A stretch of 64,000 nt of DNA, from NCBI GenBank assembly GCA_964016885.1, contig OZ024741.1, positions 383,160,001-383,224,000 of the forward strand, given 5' to 3'. Under the pieces are notes generated by a model. That model searched no databases. It was not told the DNA's origin and saw nothing but the letters and a program-made list of their open reading frames with translations. The translations under genes and the position numbers were made by a program. Numbering within the stretch: the stretch's first letter is position 1; every line of letters begins with the position of its first letter. This DNA comes from Eledone cirrhosa. Its lineage: Eukaryota. Shown piece by piece: positions 50,894 through 64,000 of the stretch.

Positions 50894-51439
50894 TTTTATT
50901 ATTTCGATTGAAACGAAAGAGGTCTGGGAGCATTTTCGGATGGAAAAAATGCCGTGATTCTAAGATTCCTAGTTGTAACGAAATTTAATTTCCATAGTAA
51001 ATATTTATTCGTTTCTCTTTTTTATATATTATGTATAACTATATCATGTAAACATTTCTAGTGCTACAGTGAATGTGGGTTAAAGAATGATAATTATTTA
51101 ATGTTAACGTTTCTGAATGCACAATATGAAGAAAGCATTAACCTGCTATTACTTCCCATTTAGGGAATTTGTAGTTTCAATTCCTGTCTGGATTCACCGC
51201 ATAAAAGTTTGGCTCTGAAATAATTTACAAAAAGCATGAATACTACCCATTCCTGCCTCGCTTCCTTTAGATCTGTAAAATATTGCGCTTTTATACGAAA
51301 ATATATTCATTAGGAAATTATTTAATGGATAAGTTAGACATTGTGAAATATGCACTTTATTTCTTGATCTGAAGGCAGATTCTAGTTTAACTCTAAAGTC
51401 CTCCGCCTTGTCTTAATTTTGATGCTTTTACTGTTTTTG

Positions 51440-52524
51440 TAGGCGTCCTTTTTGCTCGGATGGCATCTTTAACCTCTTGATTGAACCAAGGGGCCTTCCT
51501 GTCGAATCTAAGTCAGCTGATGACCAGTGCTGCTTTCGCTTTGATCGCAGAACAGCCGACCAAATATTTACACTGCGGCAGATTTTCGAGAAATCGTGGG
51601 TGTATTGCCAAGAGGTATATTCTCGCTCCTCGAGACCTGCCGTTGAATAATGTGCAGGAGTATGGGATCGATGATTAGCGTCTTGTTGTCCTGATATTTC
51701 CATACGAATGACCGAGTATTTGTGTTTGGATAAATGGTGATAAATAGAAACCATTCAATGTGAGATTCGTATTGTCACTTCTCCTGTTCATTATTTTCAT
51801 GAACAGAATTGACAGAATTGAAAAGAAATGACATGTGTAGCCGGGCTGGAAGTGGTATCATGACTGACGGGTGTAAAATAAGTCGGTCAGAATTTGCAGA
51901 TGACATGGTGTTACTTAACTCGACAAATGATGATCTCCGACTTGCACTTGATAGGATTGATGCGAAGTACGGCGTAGCTGTAATGAAACTGCTGTGAAAC
52001 GGAGACACTCATCTTCCTAAGGTTCAGGATTCGGTAATCAGAAGAAGCGAGGTGGGTTTTAAAGCCAAACACTCTACCTACAATTCGCTATTCCACCAAC
52101 CCTTACCTATGGACACGAAGCGTGGGAAATGACTAAAAGAATACGATCACGTTTGCAAGCCCCCGAAATTGTGTTCCTCCGAAGGGTCCTTTGAAAAACA
52201 TTACTCGATAGAGTGCAAAACTCAGAGAAGCACTCCAGTTAGAGCCGTTACTTCTTCAAATTGAGAGATCACAGCTCTAATACTGTGAGCGTGTGGTTTG
52301 AATGTCCCAGGAAAGAATTGCTGGACAAATTTTACGGCTGAAAGCAACCGGCAGGAGACCCATCAATGGGCTTGACTGGTTTCGCTTGAGGATCCAACCT
52401 GATCAGTTGCAGTCGCTTGCTTCTGAGAAGAAACCCTGGAAGGAGTGCTTGAGGAAGCTATCCCTATGATCCTCTCAAGAAGAAGAAGAAGAAGAAGAAG
52501 AAGAAGAAGAAGAAGAAGAAGAAG

Positions 52525-52553
<29 letters not shown>
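51440..52553 (+). mobile_element. Decayed RTE-clade LINE with (AGA)n tail
   Basis: DDQCCFRFDRRTADQIFTLRQIFEKSW, FADDMVLL; tail 52478-52553. Confidence 0.75.
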
Positions 52554-52555
<2 letters not shown>

Positions 52556-52719
52556 GTCGCTGGATAAAATATTGCTTCGAGTTGAACTGACATGTATTGA
52601 CTTTTGATATATTTTTCATTTACTTTTTTGTGTGTATGTTACTGAATTAAAACTTGCCTATGAAAACAATCACTATTTTCCTAGCATTCCTTTATCGCTT
52701 TACACATTGAAATATGTCA

Positions 52720-52862
52720 GTAGATTGGTAGTATCGGTGGAGGGTCGGACGCCATGCTTTTCAGCATAGTGTTACGGCGGTCCTTTACAGTCTGTGCTCA
52801 AATCCCACCGAGGTTAACTTTGCTTGACAACATTATGGGGTCGATAAAATAAAGTACCAGTG
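52720..52862 (+). mobile_element. SINE S1, partial
   Basis: GATTGGTAGTATCGG..CTCAAATCCCACCGAGGTTAACTTTG..GGGGTCGATAAAATAAAGTACCAG. Confidence 0.8.
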
Positions 52863-52951
52863 ATTCACATGGTATACTTGTGACTTCACTAATGCTTAGT
52901 TTAATGTATGAAGTGTATGGCAGTTTCGTGGGACATTCTCTTTATAACTAA

Positions 52952-53920
52952 CTAGCAGTAAAGCCCGGCGTTGCTCGGGGTCGCTCAGTAGCTGTGTTAA
53001 AGTTACAATGTTAAGTTTCTTTCTTGGCTTAAAAACTGTAGTGTCTACTGTGCAGACTTGCATGTGGTGTTTTTGATTAATATTCCCTCAACCAACAATA
53101 TGCCTTATGAAGTTAAGAAAACATAACGATAACCCCAATGTTATAACAAAAGAGGATGCTGGGGATAGAAACTGCACTGGTTATTTATTAACAAAGATCG
53201 AAAATGTAAACACTGCAACGCAGAGAAAAACATTAGCGTAACCAAATTATCAGTTATGTCTGTCTGCACGCCTATATCACCTCTCTGCACGACTGTCTGT
53301 CTGCACGACTATATCACCTCTCTGCACGACTATCTGTCTGCACGCCTATATCACCTCTCTGCACGACTGTCTGTCTGCACCCCTATATCACCTCTCTGCA
53401 CGACTATCTGTCTGCACGCGTATATCACCTCTCTGCACGACTGTCTGTCTGCACGCCTAACGACGAAATATTTGCTTGTTTTACGTAGTCTTTAAATAGA
53501 CTTGTTTTCAAGTAAAAATATTGTTTTAAAATGCTTTTAAATGGAAATGAAGCAAAACGGAAGCTTAGAGTTCGAACTGATGAATTTTGCAGGTCAATAT
53601 TTTGCTGGCTCGACAAATGTTCGTGTATTGTGTTAATGTCATTTTAAACGCTGAGAAAGCCAGCGTAATTTTTTACGTAAGACGCTCAATGTAAACAGAA
53701 CAAAGGGAAATAACTGATAACTTACGCTCAAAAATCGATACATTATATTCGATTTCGTCACATAGGGTGAGTCAATTTGAAATATTTTTTTTCCGATGTC
53801 TTCGCTACGGCTCAATGTACAAGTATAGCAATTTCGGTGCAATTCCATGAGAGATTCTAAGAGGAGATGTGTGCCAAAAATCGATAGACAGACAGACAAC
53901 CACAGTTTTATATATATAGA
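52952..53920 (-). mobile_element. Non-autonomous Helitron with internal minisatellite
   Basis: A|TCTATATATATAAAA ... CCCGAGCAACGCCGGG hairpin ... CTAG|T. Confidence 0.75.
53257..53459. repeat. 37-bp minisatellite, 5.5 copies
   Basis: TGTCTGTCTGCACGCCTATATCACCTCTCTGCACGAC units at 53257, 53294, 53331, 53368, 53405, 53442. Confidence 0.95.
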
Positions 53921-53923
53921 TAA

Positions 53924-54586
<663 letters not shown>

Positions 54587-55280
54587 TATATTGTTCCAGT
54601 TTCCCTGTGAATAGTTAATAGCTAATGACTTAATCCCTCAGCTAATCTCTCAACAAACTAGTCAGAAATGTGGATTGGATTTCGTATGGATGCCAATGTA
54701 TTTCACAGATATATTTCTTATTGATGAAGAAATACATAGAAACTAACTTAATATATTTCTACTCGCTTAAATATGTGTTTTTGAGCCGCGATAAAAATAA
54801 AATAATTTTATCAATGAGTGATATTCAAATGTATTGGGCAATACAATGTTAGGATACAGAAAACTAACGTACGCATTATACATTTTATAGAATTATATTG
54901 TTTCATTTGTCACAAAAGACTACAATTAATACACCTACTTTTAATAAAAATAAAGGTAGGTTAATGATTAATTAGATGGTTATATTGAGTGGAACAAGAG
55001 TTAAGTGTTTTGGCTAGGAGCCCGGGACAGTGCAAAAGTTCACTGTTTTATCATGCGAAATGAATCCTAGACTGATATTGATTTGTCCAGCTGTGTCTTA
55101 ATATTGATTTTCTTTCCATAGACACATGGCTGGTGAATATGTAAAGGAAATAGAATAATCGATTAAATGCACCAAGTATATTGATGATTCATATTTATTG
55201 ACCTCAAGATATAAAACGCAAAGTAGATTCTGGAAATTTTGAACTCACATCTAAAAGAATATTTCTTCTTAAAAGAGTAT

Positions 55281-56640
55281 TTCTTCTTCTTCTTTTTCTT
55301 CTTCTTCTTCTTCTTCTTCTTCTTCTTCTTCTTCTTCTTCTTCTTTGTCATGGAAGTGTCGTGGGTGAAAGTAACTAATGACTTAATCTGGCTCCCAGCA
55401 GATCCTGTCAGAAGCAGCCCTTCACCAATTGATCCGAGTGAAGCCCCACGTGAGACCAGACAATCTCATGGATGTTATCCAGAGATCTAGCTCGGGGTCT
55501 ACACCCAGACGTTGTGCCGGTTGATTTTCCTGAAAAATCTGTCCAGCAATTCTTTCCCGAGACGTTCTAACCGAATGCCCGTACTATCGGAGATATCATA
55601 TCCCAATTCGGAAAGTTAGCAGCTTTAATCGGATTGACTATGTATTTAAGGTTTTCTAAATATTAGGCCGAATTTAATCTTTCCCAGAGTCAATACCACA
55701 TTTGAGCTCTTTAATTGCGCTTGTGATCGCTACACCCTAGAGATTCGTTATCGCTCCTAGATGCACCTCGTATACATCAGATGCTGTTGTGATCGCGTTT
55801 AGGAGATCAGCAAAGTATTCTATCCACTCCGCGAAGATGCACTTCTGTGAAGAGTGGAGAACACAAATGCGTCCTTGATAGCAGGCGTGGACGTTCTACA
55901 AAAATAATTTGCTGATCTGAATTTAGATTCCAGTTTAACCTAATAATTCTTTGGATGCCTTTACGGTATCTCCTACGACACACTCGCGCATGATTGTACC
56001 GAAAATCCAAGGATTTATTTCCAAACCAAGCTTTGGGGGCTCCCTTCTTTACTCAGATGAGATCTTGATTGTGAGCACAGAATCAACGGGATCAGAGACA
56101 ATAACAAAATGAATTCCTCATCACTATCCCTGATTCCCCGTATACCATGTATATTTATTGATGTCTTTGAGTTGGAAGAAGGTGTTCATATTAGGAAGCA
56201 TATTAATAGTACAGAACGCCAATAAACTTCTCTAATTTGATAGAGATCATGGTTCTTTCAAATCACTCCTTTCCATGTCTGGTATTCATGCCAACATGTG
56301 CACTGAAGTCTCCCATTTAAATATGTGACTCAGCCTTAACTATCTTAACGCTGCAGTGATTTCATCATGGAAAGTTCTGAATTTGGAATCTTTTGTAGTA
56401 TAAATTTGCACCAACCACAAAGGCCTATCTTTCAGCCAAAAATTATTGAATCAAATCCTTCATCCCAATGAGATTCAGTTCATAACGCATTCTGACAGCC
56501 GGGCCGGGCCTAGTGAGTAATCCCTTTCTCGTTTGTGCATTTCTGTCACTACACCTAAATAGTGAAGTGCCTATTCTCCATCCAAATCTACAGAACCTGT
56601 GACAGGGATCTTTGTTGAGGACTATATCTAGACGGTAGCA
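55281..56640 (-). mobile_element. Decayed, internally deleted RTE LINE with (GAA)n tail
   Basis: (TTC)n 55281-55344; 3' segment similar to 63280-63694; GDFSAHVG endonuclease motif near 56300. Confidence 0.6.
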
Positions 56641-56884
56641 TATCAGATCTAGACTAACTAATCTTTCTAAACAAAAACAACCAGTAATAGTGGTAGTAGT
56701 AACCGCACTACTTCAACAGAGGCCCTATCATGCACTCTTTTCCTCCCTCTTCCTTTCTTTATTCAGTGACAGTCTGACAGTCATCATATTTACAGGCATA
56801 CGTCTTTAACCAGAGATTTGATAGGAAATATGTATATACTAGCTTGATATGTGGTCTAAAATATATAACACCATAACAACATAA

Positions 56885-57518
56885 CATAAACTATATTACA
56901 ACCACAAGGATACGGTCAGAACGTGGAAGAGCCGAACCCCCACTGCCATCGCCGCCATCTCTCTCGCCCTCCCAATCCCTCTGTATGTTGAGCAAATGGG
57001 GCCCGGCGTGTGTGATGGCCTCACCACAGTCCCTGCTGACAGAATGGAGTAGGAGTTTCCCCGGAGGATGTTAAGGGAGATGCGCTGGAAGAGGCATTCC
57101 ATCTCGCGAGGTTCACACCTGCGGCTGGCCAGCTCAGCGCCTATGATGGTCAGTAGGGAGATGGCCCTAGAGACAAGGACACTAGAAGTCTCCACTGCCA
57201 ATGGCACGACCGCAAACCTGTTGAAGCGAGACCACAGAATGACCGGAGAGGGACCGGAGAGTGACTGGAGGGTTTGCCCTCCTCGGCCCGACGTGCAGCC
57301 GAACCTGGGTTAGTTGCAGACTGTACCAGGTGGAGACTGGAGAAAGTGTCACTGCAAGTGGCATCCCAGAAGTGGGGTTTGACACCGCGGAACGAGATGG
57401 TCAGACGGTCTGACCTTTTGCCGTCCTTTCGGTCCAGCTCAACCGGCTCGAGCTGGAAGAGGAAGCCTGCAGCATCCAAGCCATGCTTTATGACCTCGTT
57501 GAGGGCAGCATGGCGTAG
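56885..57518 (-). mobile_element. 3' fragment of a CRE-clade RLE LINE
   Basis: RHAALNEVIK..LEPVELDRKDGKRSDRLT..WDATCSDT..PLAVET..LFQRISLNILRGN. Confidence 0.8.
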
Positions 57519-58096
57519 AAGATCTCATAATAAATCTAATATTTTGCATATGCCCTTTAGACGCTATCCCCACTCGTTCTCCTAAAAATTAATAAAAATA
57601 TTTATGTATTCATAGTTACCGTCATCCTCCTTTTTGATTTATACAATAATTAATGAACAATTTAATTTCATATATGTACGTTTCTAGAGTTCACACAGGA
57701 TATTAATGCTTCGACAGACTTATTTAATTAAATCCTTTATGTTTTTAATCAAATTCAAAATCAACTCCAAGATTTTTTTAACATGGAAACGCAATTTTTC
57801 TAGCTAATATTGTTCAATGCTTGGCTAAATATTTGTTTCCTATACGTAAACATATTGTATATGGGTACATCTGCGGCTTTATGATAATTAAGTATGGTAT
57901 TACTTAAAAAGAAATTCTGAGGAAACTAAAATTAGTTAAAATCAATCTGAGATGATATTAAAGAGATAAAGCATTTGTTCAATTTATAAAATATCAATTG
58001 TAATTAAATTATGGATATAGCTTTTAATTTTAGCGTGACAACGGGTACTAACTTGTATTTCAAGAAGGCGTACTAGTCTCGTTACGTATGTTTTAT

Positions 58097-58760
58097 TTCT
58101 TCTTCTTCTTCTTCGTCTTCTTCTTCTTCTTCTTTGCCGTCTTATTGATGGGAGGTTCGTCGGTGAAGAACGCGTTCTAGCGTGTCCTGTCCAGAGCAAC
58201 TATCTCCAACTGATGCCCAAGCAAAACCAGCCAAGATGATAGATGTTATCCAAATACCTTGATTCGGAACTACCTTGCATCTGCTTTCGGTTGGTTTTTC
58301 CCGTAAAATCTATCCAGCGATTCTTTCCTGGGGCATTATAACCATGCGTCCGTGGTATAGGAACTGTGGTCTCTCAATTCTGAGAAGTAGCGGGTCTAAC
58401 TGGAGCGAGTATTTGATATCCAAGCTATGTATTGTATCGAGTAACATTACCATAGGACCCTTCAGAGGAACCCCATTTCGACCACTAATATTCGTGATCG
58501 TATTCTTTTGGTCATTACCCAAGATTTATGAACATATTTAAGGGTTAGATCTAATAGCGAATTGAAGTTAGTGAGTTTGACTTTTACACCTACATCCCTA
58601 CTTCTGATGACCAAATGATGAAGCTAGAGCAATAGTGCACTAGCACCTGAAATTCTTGCAATTATTTCAGCCGCCTGCCTTCCATCACTCGTAGACTTCC
58701 ACACCTGCATCAGTCGAACTCAAATTGCATGTAGAACGCAGTGGCTCGAGATACACTCAT
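58097..58760 (-). mobile_element. RTE 3' fragment with (GAA)n tail
   Basis: LLDTIHSLDIK..PLLLRIERPQFLYHGRMVIMPQERIAG. Confidence 0.7.
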
Positions 58761-60094
58761 CGGAATCGACATCAAGATGTTATTATTACAAAGTTATATT
58801 GAGATATATAGAGAAATGTATATTAGAAGAATTCATTTCTGTTTGTATTTATGAGTGGCTTATAAAGTGTGTGAGGCATATTCATTGTAGGAATACTAAG
58901 AGACTGTATATGGGAAAGACAAGAACTGGTAGACAGATATTCTGTGTATCGGTTTCAATTGCTGTGATTATGTATATTTGAGAGGGCAGAATAAAGAAAG
59001 ACGTGGAGTCCAACAAACAAAGAGAAAGAATGAGATGGAGAAATTGACATTTCAAAAGAAATCTGATCATACATGCCATCGACAAGACAATAGTGAAAGC
59101 GTGGATATACTGAATACTAGATGATTTGAGAGAAGGCAATTGGTGACACCGGGGTTTAGATAAGTTTAAGTCAGGTACTTATAACTTCGATACGATTATA
59201 TGTGCGGATTACGAAACGCATGGATGGAGATTGGAGAGAGAGGAAATAGGTTTTAGAAACACTTCAAAAGTTACATATATGATAAGTGTGTGAATATATT
59301 CTCCTCTTCACAAGCGATTGACAAATCTCACAAATTACTTACACTATTACACGCTTCGACAAATCATTCGCAGTTATATGCTTCAATAAATTCATTATTC
59401 CTTCCTATTCTCGTATTACTTCAATTGAAATGGAGAAATAATAGTGAATGTTATATATAATTATTTGTGTAGTAAGGAAATAATGATTTCTTACTTAAGC
59501 ACAAAAATACACTATATATCGTGAAAAGGTATAAACGACTATGTATTCTCTCATTAATTGATCAATACTTGTTTTATCGACCTTGATAACACTAAGGATT
59601 AAACGTAAATAGAGCTTTGTATTACGATGACTACCTTAAAGTTGTACGGTGTTTTATGTGGTGAATGGAACTACTTGTAATGGCTACCAAATCCCCTTAA
59701 AAGTTTTGATATAAAAGTAAAGGATATAAAAATAAAGGATATGTTCGACAATATAATCATAGATGGCTGAAAAAATGAGATAGAAAGATGACTCGATCCT
59801 CATATACCATATAGCAGCTCGATTATGGCTCGCATGCGTTTCAGAGGTTGACAGCAGAACTAAATCGTTGTTTATTGTTGTTTTAATTAACACCACATGT
59901 TAGCGTTCTGTCTGGCAACAGTGCTACCTATCTGGCTACATCTTTATGTTTGCTCCCTCACCCCCATATTTAGTAAATTGTGAACGATAGTAAAGGTATA
60001 ATCCAGAATGTACAGATTATAATTAACAAAATGTGAAGATGAAATCAATAAATCATTACTACATCCTTGCTTTAATTAGTTTCATTATAGTATC

Positions 60095-60670
60095 GAGCAT
60101 AGTTACGTCCCTTTACGGTTTGAGTTCAAATCCCGTCGAGGTTAACTTTGCCTTTCATCCGTACGGGTCGATAAAATAAAGTACCAGTAATGTACTGGGT
60201 TATTGCTGGCATTGTTCCAAAAGTAGAAACAATTATTGTATCGAGATTGCATAGGGTGGTGGATTGGCAGAATCAGCAGAGGGTCGGACGCCATGCTTTG
60301 CAGCAAAGTTAAGTCCCTTTACGGACTGAGTTCAAATCCCACCGAGGTTAACTTTGCCTTTCGTCCTTACGGGGTCGATAAAATAAAGTACCAGTAATGC
60401 ACTGGGTAATTGCTGACCTTGTGTCAAAAGTAGAAACAATTATTGTATCGGGATTAAGGGCGGTGGATTGGCTGTATCGGTAGAGTGTCAGACACCATGC
60501 TTTGCAACAAAGAGTTACCACCCTTTATGATCTGAGTTCAGATCCTGCCAAGGTTAACTTTGCCTTTCATCTTTACGGGGTCGATAAAATAAACTACGAA
60601 TCACGCACTTGGCTTTCCACTCGCCAAAATTGCTAGGCTTGTGCCTATATAAGAAACCATTTTTGTATCG
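60095..60670 (+). mobile_element. Three head-to-tail SINE S1 copies
   Basis: Copies at ~60095-60236, ~60253-60442 and ~60458-60660, each followed by a variant of ATTATTGTATCGRGATT. Confidence 0.85.
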
Positions 60671-61078
60671 GGATTAAACTTCAAAATATAACTGGTTGAC
60701 TTCATTGTCTATTGCTCGGTCAGCGTTTACTTTTGTTTTGTCCCACTCAGCAGTGGGGGGGGGGGGGGTAGTGACGCAGATCTAACTAACTGTGGAGAAA
60801 AACATGATATATTGCTAAAAATGGTGATGGTTTGTATATGTGTTTGTATTGAAAGAAATAAGATATTCGATAATGTGTGCGTATTCTATAAATAAGAAGT
60901 TTTCCATTTTACCTGTACCTACATTCCTGTCTATATCTTTCATATGCTTCCATACTAAACGTTGGTTACATTCTATGGAACTAATTATGAAAAACAGATA
61001 ACCAGTTCTGACTGATAGGCGTAAATGCAGACACATGCACACGCGCACACACACACACACACACATGCACACACATAT

Positions 61079-61129
<51 letters not shown>

Positions 61130-61132
<3 letters not shown>

Positions 61133-61494
61133 ATAATAAAAGATTTCAAGACTAAAATCCAAAGAGGGCTCGATAAGGATAAATATATATCATATGTATA
61201 AGAACCGTAGAGCAAATATTTATTAAAATAACAGATTAAAGTTTAAGCAAAGAATCGCTGCTTTCACCCTAACGGGATCTTCTGAAACTAACAAAGTCAA
61301 TTCGTGAACGCAGAAATGAATATTTTCCAGGGAACGTTTCCAAGAACCAAAGTATCGTCTTCCTGTCTTCCTCCGGTTGCAACGTCTTTTGAAATATTCC
61401 CTTCTGCGTTCACAAATTGACTTTGTTAGTTTCAGAAGATCCCGTTAAGGGTAAAAACATTGATTCTTTGCTTAAACTTTAATCTGTTATTTTA

Positions 61495-61502
<8 letters not shown>
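61130..61502. mobile_element. Asymmetric palindrome family P1, second copy with longer arms
   Basis: Same tail and outer ends as 606-836; arms ~61216-61343 and ~61376-61502. Confidence 0.75.
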
Positions 61503-61546
<44 letters not shown>

Positions 61547-61552
<6 letters not shown>

Positions 61553-61644
61553 AAAGAAAAAGAAAAGAAAAAGAAAAGAAAAAGAAAAGAAAAAGAAAAG
61601 AAAAAGAAAAGAAAAAGAAAAGAAAAAGAAAAGAAAAAGAAAAA
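61547..61644. repeat. (AAAAG/AAAAAG)n microsatellite
   Basis: Direct reading. Confidence 0.95.
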
Positions 61645-62350
61645 TTAACATTGCGAAACAACACCAAGTTGTCTGGGTGATTGGTAGTTACCACAATTCC
61701 GATTTGTATTTATTTTCTTGATTTATTCTTCAATTGAGTCAGGCAAACCCTATTGTCTATAGTTAGTATTCTTTTCACCTTAGCGAATCTTGTCCCTTGC
61801 GATTTGAACATATATATGTATATATCTGTGTTCGTTTCTCTTCTATATTCTATTATAGCATACGGCTCGGAAATATCTCTTTCTTAGAGCTATTTTGTTG
61901 AAAGAGACTATTTTGAGTTCCTAACTCAATATATATACCTTTTATATATATATATATATATATGATGAAATTATAGGAGAGCGGTACCTATATACATCGA
62001 ACAGGTGGATAATGATCAAAACAAAGAAAGACTTGAGATACTTACTGATTCTTCTTCCTGAACCAAAATATTCTGGTTTCATCCTCCGAAAATATTGCTA
62101 ACCACAGTTGTTATGGAAAATTGATTATTGGCAAACTATGAATACAACGTGTCATCAACAGGTAATTCTACAGATAGCAAAATATTCTGTTTTACAGAGT
62201 GACCAGTGGTGCGACTGTTCCAGAATGAGTAAAGAGAGTAACCTCGGATGCACTTAGGTAAGCTTATGTATTTTTCATGTGACTGTAGGAGAAGACAGTA
62301 TAAATTTGCTTGGAGCGTGAAGTGGAAAATATAGATTGAGTGATGGAAAA

Positions 62351-62475
62351 TAATTGTTTCTACTTTTGGCACAAGGCCAGCAAATTATCAGTGTATTACT
62401 GGTACTTTATTTTATCGACCCCGTAAGGATGAAAGGCAAAGTTAACCTGGGGGGGGGGGGGATTTGAACTCAGAA
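62351..62475 (-). mobile_element. 5'-truncated SINE S1 with 11-bp TSD
   Basis: TSD TGGAAAATAAT at 62344-62354 and 62477-62487. Confidence 0.8.
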
Positions 62476-62615
62476 TTGGAAAATAATGTAAAGAAGTAAT
62501 AGAAGAAAGAAAGTGCAATAAAAGATAAACGGGGCATCGAACATAATGAATCTAGTGGCTCAAATGTTTAAAACATTGATAATTATATATTTATAATAAA
62601 TAATTATCAAACAGA

Positions 62616-62668
<53 letters not shown>

Positions 62669-63279
62669 TGTGTGTGTGTGTGTGTGTGTGTGTCTGTGTG
62701 TGTATGTGTGAGTGTATGTGTGTGTGTGCATCCGTATGTGTATGTAAGTGCCTGCCTGTGTGCGTAGGGTACAACTACGTTTTTCTTATCAGTTATTAAT
62801 TCAAAAGAGCGAAATATTAAGAAAGACCTAATTTTTATATCTCTTCAAACATCAATCGTTTATATATACTATATTCCTATACGGTCGATTGCTTTATTTT
62901 TTCTTGTTTTCTTTTGCTCGTTTCTTTCTTTTTTGTTATTTTTGTTTTGTAAAATTGTACACACTACGTTATAAATAAACAATAATCGCAAAACTTATCT
63001 TTTGTAATAGAAATGAAAATATTTTTGTATATTTTTGAAATAAAACTACCTCCTATTTATATGTTTAAAGATATTCAGCTATATAATGTAGGGTATACAT
63101 AAGTTTAATACAATCTCCTTTAAAAGACGAGAATCTTGCAATTGTGTTTCTTGTTTTCTTGTTAAATTTAAGTCTACTTATATTTCAAGGCAAAATGTAT
63201 TACAATATCAAGAGCAATATTAGTGTAAATTTTTTACCAAAATAAATCTTCAATTCGATATTCATACCAACCAATACTC

Positions 63280-63694
63280 ATGAATCTTGGATAATGCGCA
63301 AAAGAATACGAACGGGGATCAAAGTGGCCGAAATGGGGTTGGTTCTATCGAACGGTGTTTGGAATAACATTACTCGACAGAGTGCGTAGCTTGGAAATCA
63401 GAGATTCGTTCCTGGTACAGCCGCAACTTCTCCGCATTAAGAGATCACGGTTCCGATACTACGGGCATGTGGTTAGTGTGTCACAGGAAAGAATTGCTGA
63501 ACAGATTTTATGGGCAAAAGTAACCTGTAGGAGAGCGGGGATAGACCCCGAGCAAGATTGTTGGATAACATCGATGATATAGTGGGATCAATTTAAAACG
63601 GTTGCTTCAGACAGAACCCGCTGGAGGGTGTATTTCATGACAGTGCTCCCACGTACCCTCTCAGGAATAGTGGACGAAGAAAAAGAAGAAGAAG
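63280..63694 (+). mobile_element. RTE 3' fragment
   Basis: GITLLDRVRSLEIR..LLRIKRSRFRYYGHVV..QERIAEQIL; GAA-repeat tail. Confidence 0.75.
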
Positions 63695-63863
63695 ATGTAT
63701 ACAGATGAATCTGTATATTTTGTTTTACCTTCATTTAACCGCGATTAAATGCAACATTGTAAACAATACCTGTTAACACTGATACTTTAACTGGTCTTTA
63801 TTAAAAACCAGAGTTAGTTTACAGTAAATTACATGTTATAAGAGTTGTTATTAAAGTGAATTT

Positions 63864-64000
63864 AGGCGGCGAATTGGAAGATTCGTTAGAATGTCGGTTA
63901 TAATGCTTTGCAGGGTTCATTCCAACTCTCTCTTCCATGAGTTCAAATACCATCGAGATCAACTTGGCTTATCATCCATTTAAGGGCGATAAAATGTACC
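63864..64000 (+). mobile_element. Decayed SINE S1 running off the window
   Basis: GGCGGCGAATTGG..GAGTTCAAATACC..TCATCC..GGGCGATAAAATGTACC. Confidence 0.65.

Noticed and set aside
53257-53459. CRISPR-like 37-bp periodicity
   Set aside because: Contiguous tandem units without unique spacers, eukaryotic context, no cas genes
62197-62262. 60-nt exon-like segment (TTTTACAG|...AG|GTAAGC)
   Set aside because: Stop codons in all frames and no supporting gene structure; a non-coding exon cannot be excluded without RNA data

Overview
AT-rich, microsatellite-laden eukaryotic DNA with no host gene I can support. The SINE and LINE families suggest an octopus/cephalopod genome (inference). The window is mostly nested retroelements. 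(1) Tx1-type (L1 clade) LINEs: two full-length copies (6577-12423 -, 33623-39525 +, the latter with an uninterrupted 1139-aa APE-RT-zinc finger ORF2), two partial copies and fragments. Every intact end is joined to an (ATT)n tract in the same phase. (2) R4/Dong-type restriction-like-endonuclease LINEs in the same tracts, always in the opposite orientation. (3) RTE and CRE remnants, two tRNA-derived SINE families and three non-autonomous Helitrons. (4) Penelope-like (PLE) GIY-YIG remnants. The least obvious signal is a set of hammerhead-ribozyme motifs. They lie in (TA)n-flanked asymmetric palindromes with an ~80-95 nt unpaired tail, in an inverted repeat pair 11 kb apart next to a GIY-YIG remnant, and in a ~318-bp retrozyme-like direct repeat. 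Other leads are a possible SINE-Tx1 partnership and a splice-site-like ORF1/ORF2 junction that would fuse the two ORFs in frame. All alignments and folds were done by eye, so boundaries of decayed elements are approximate.
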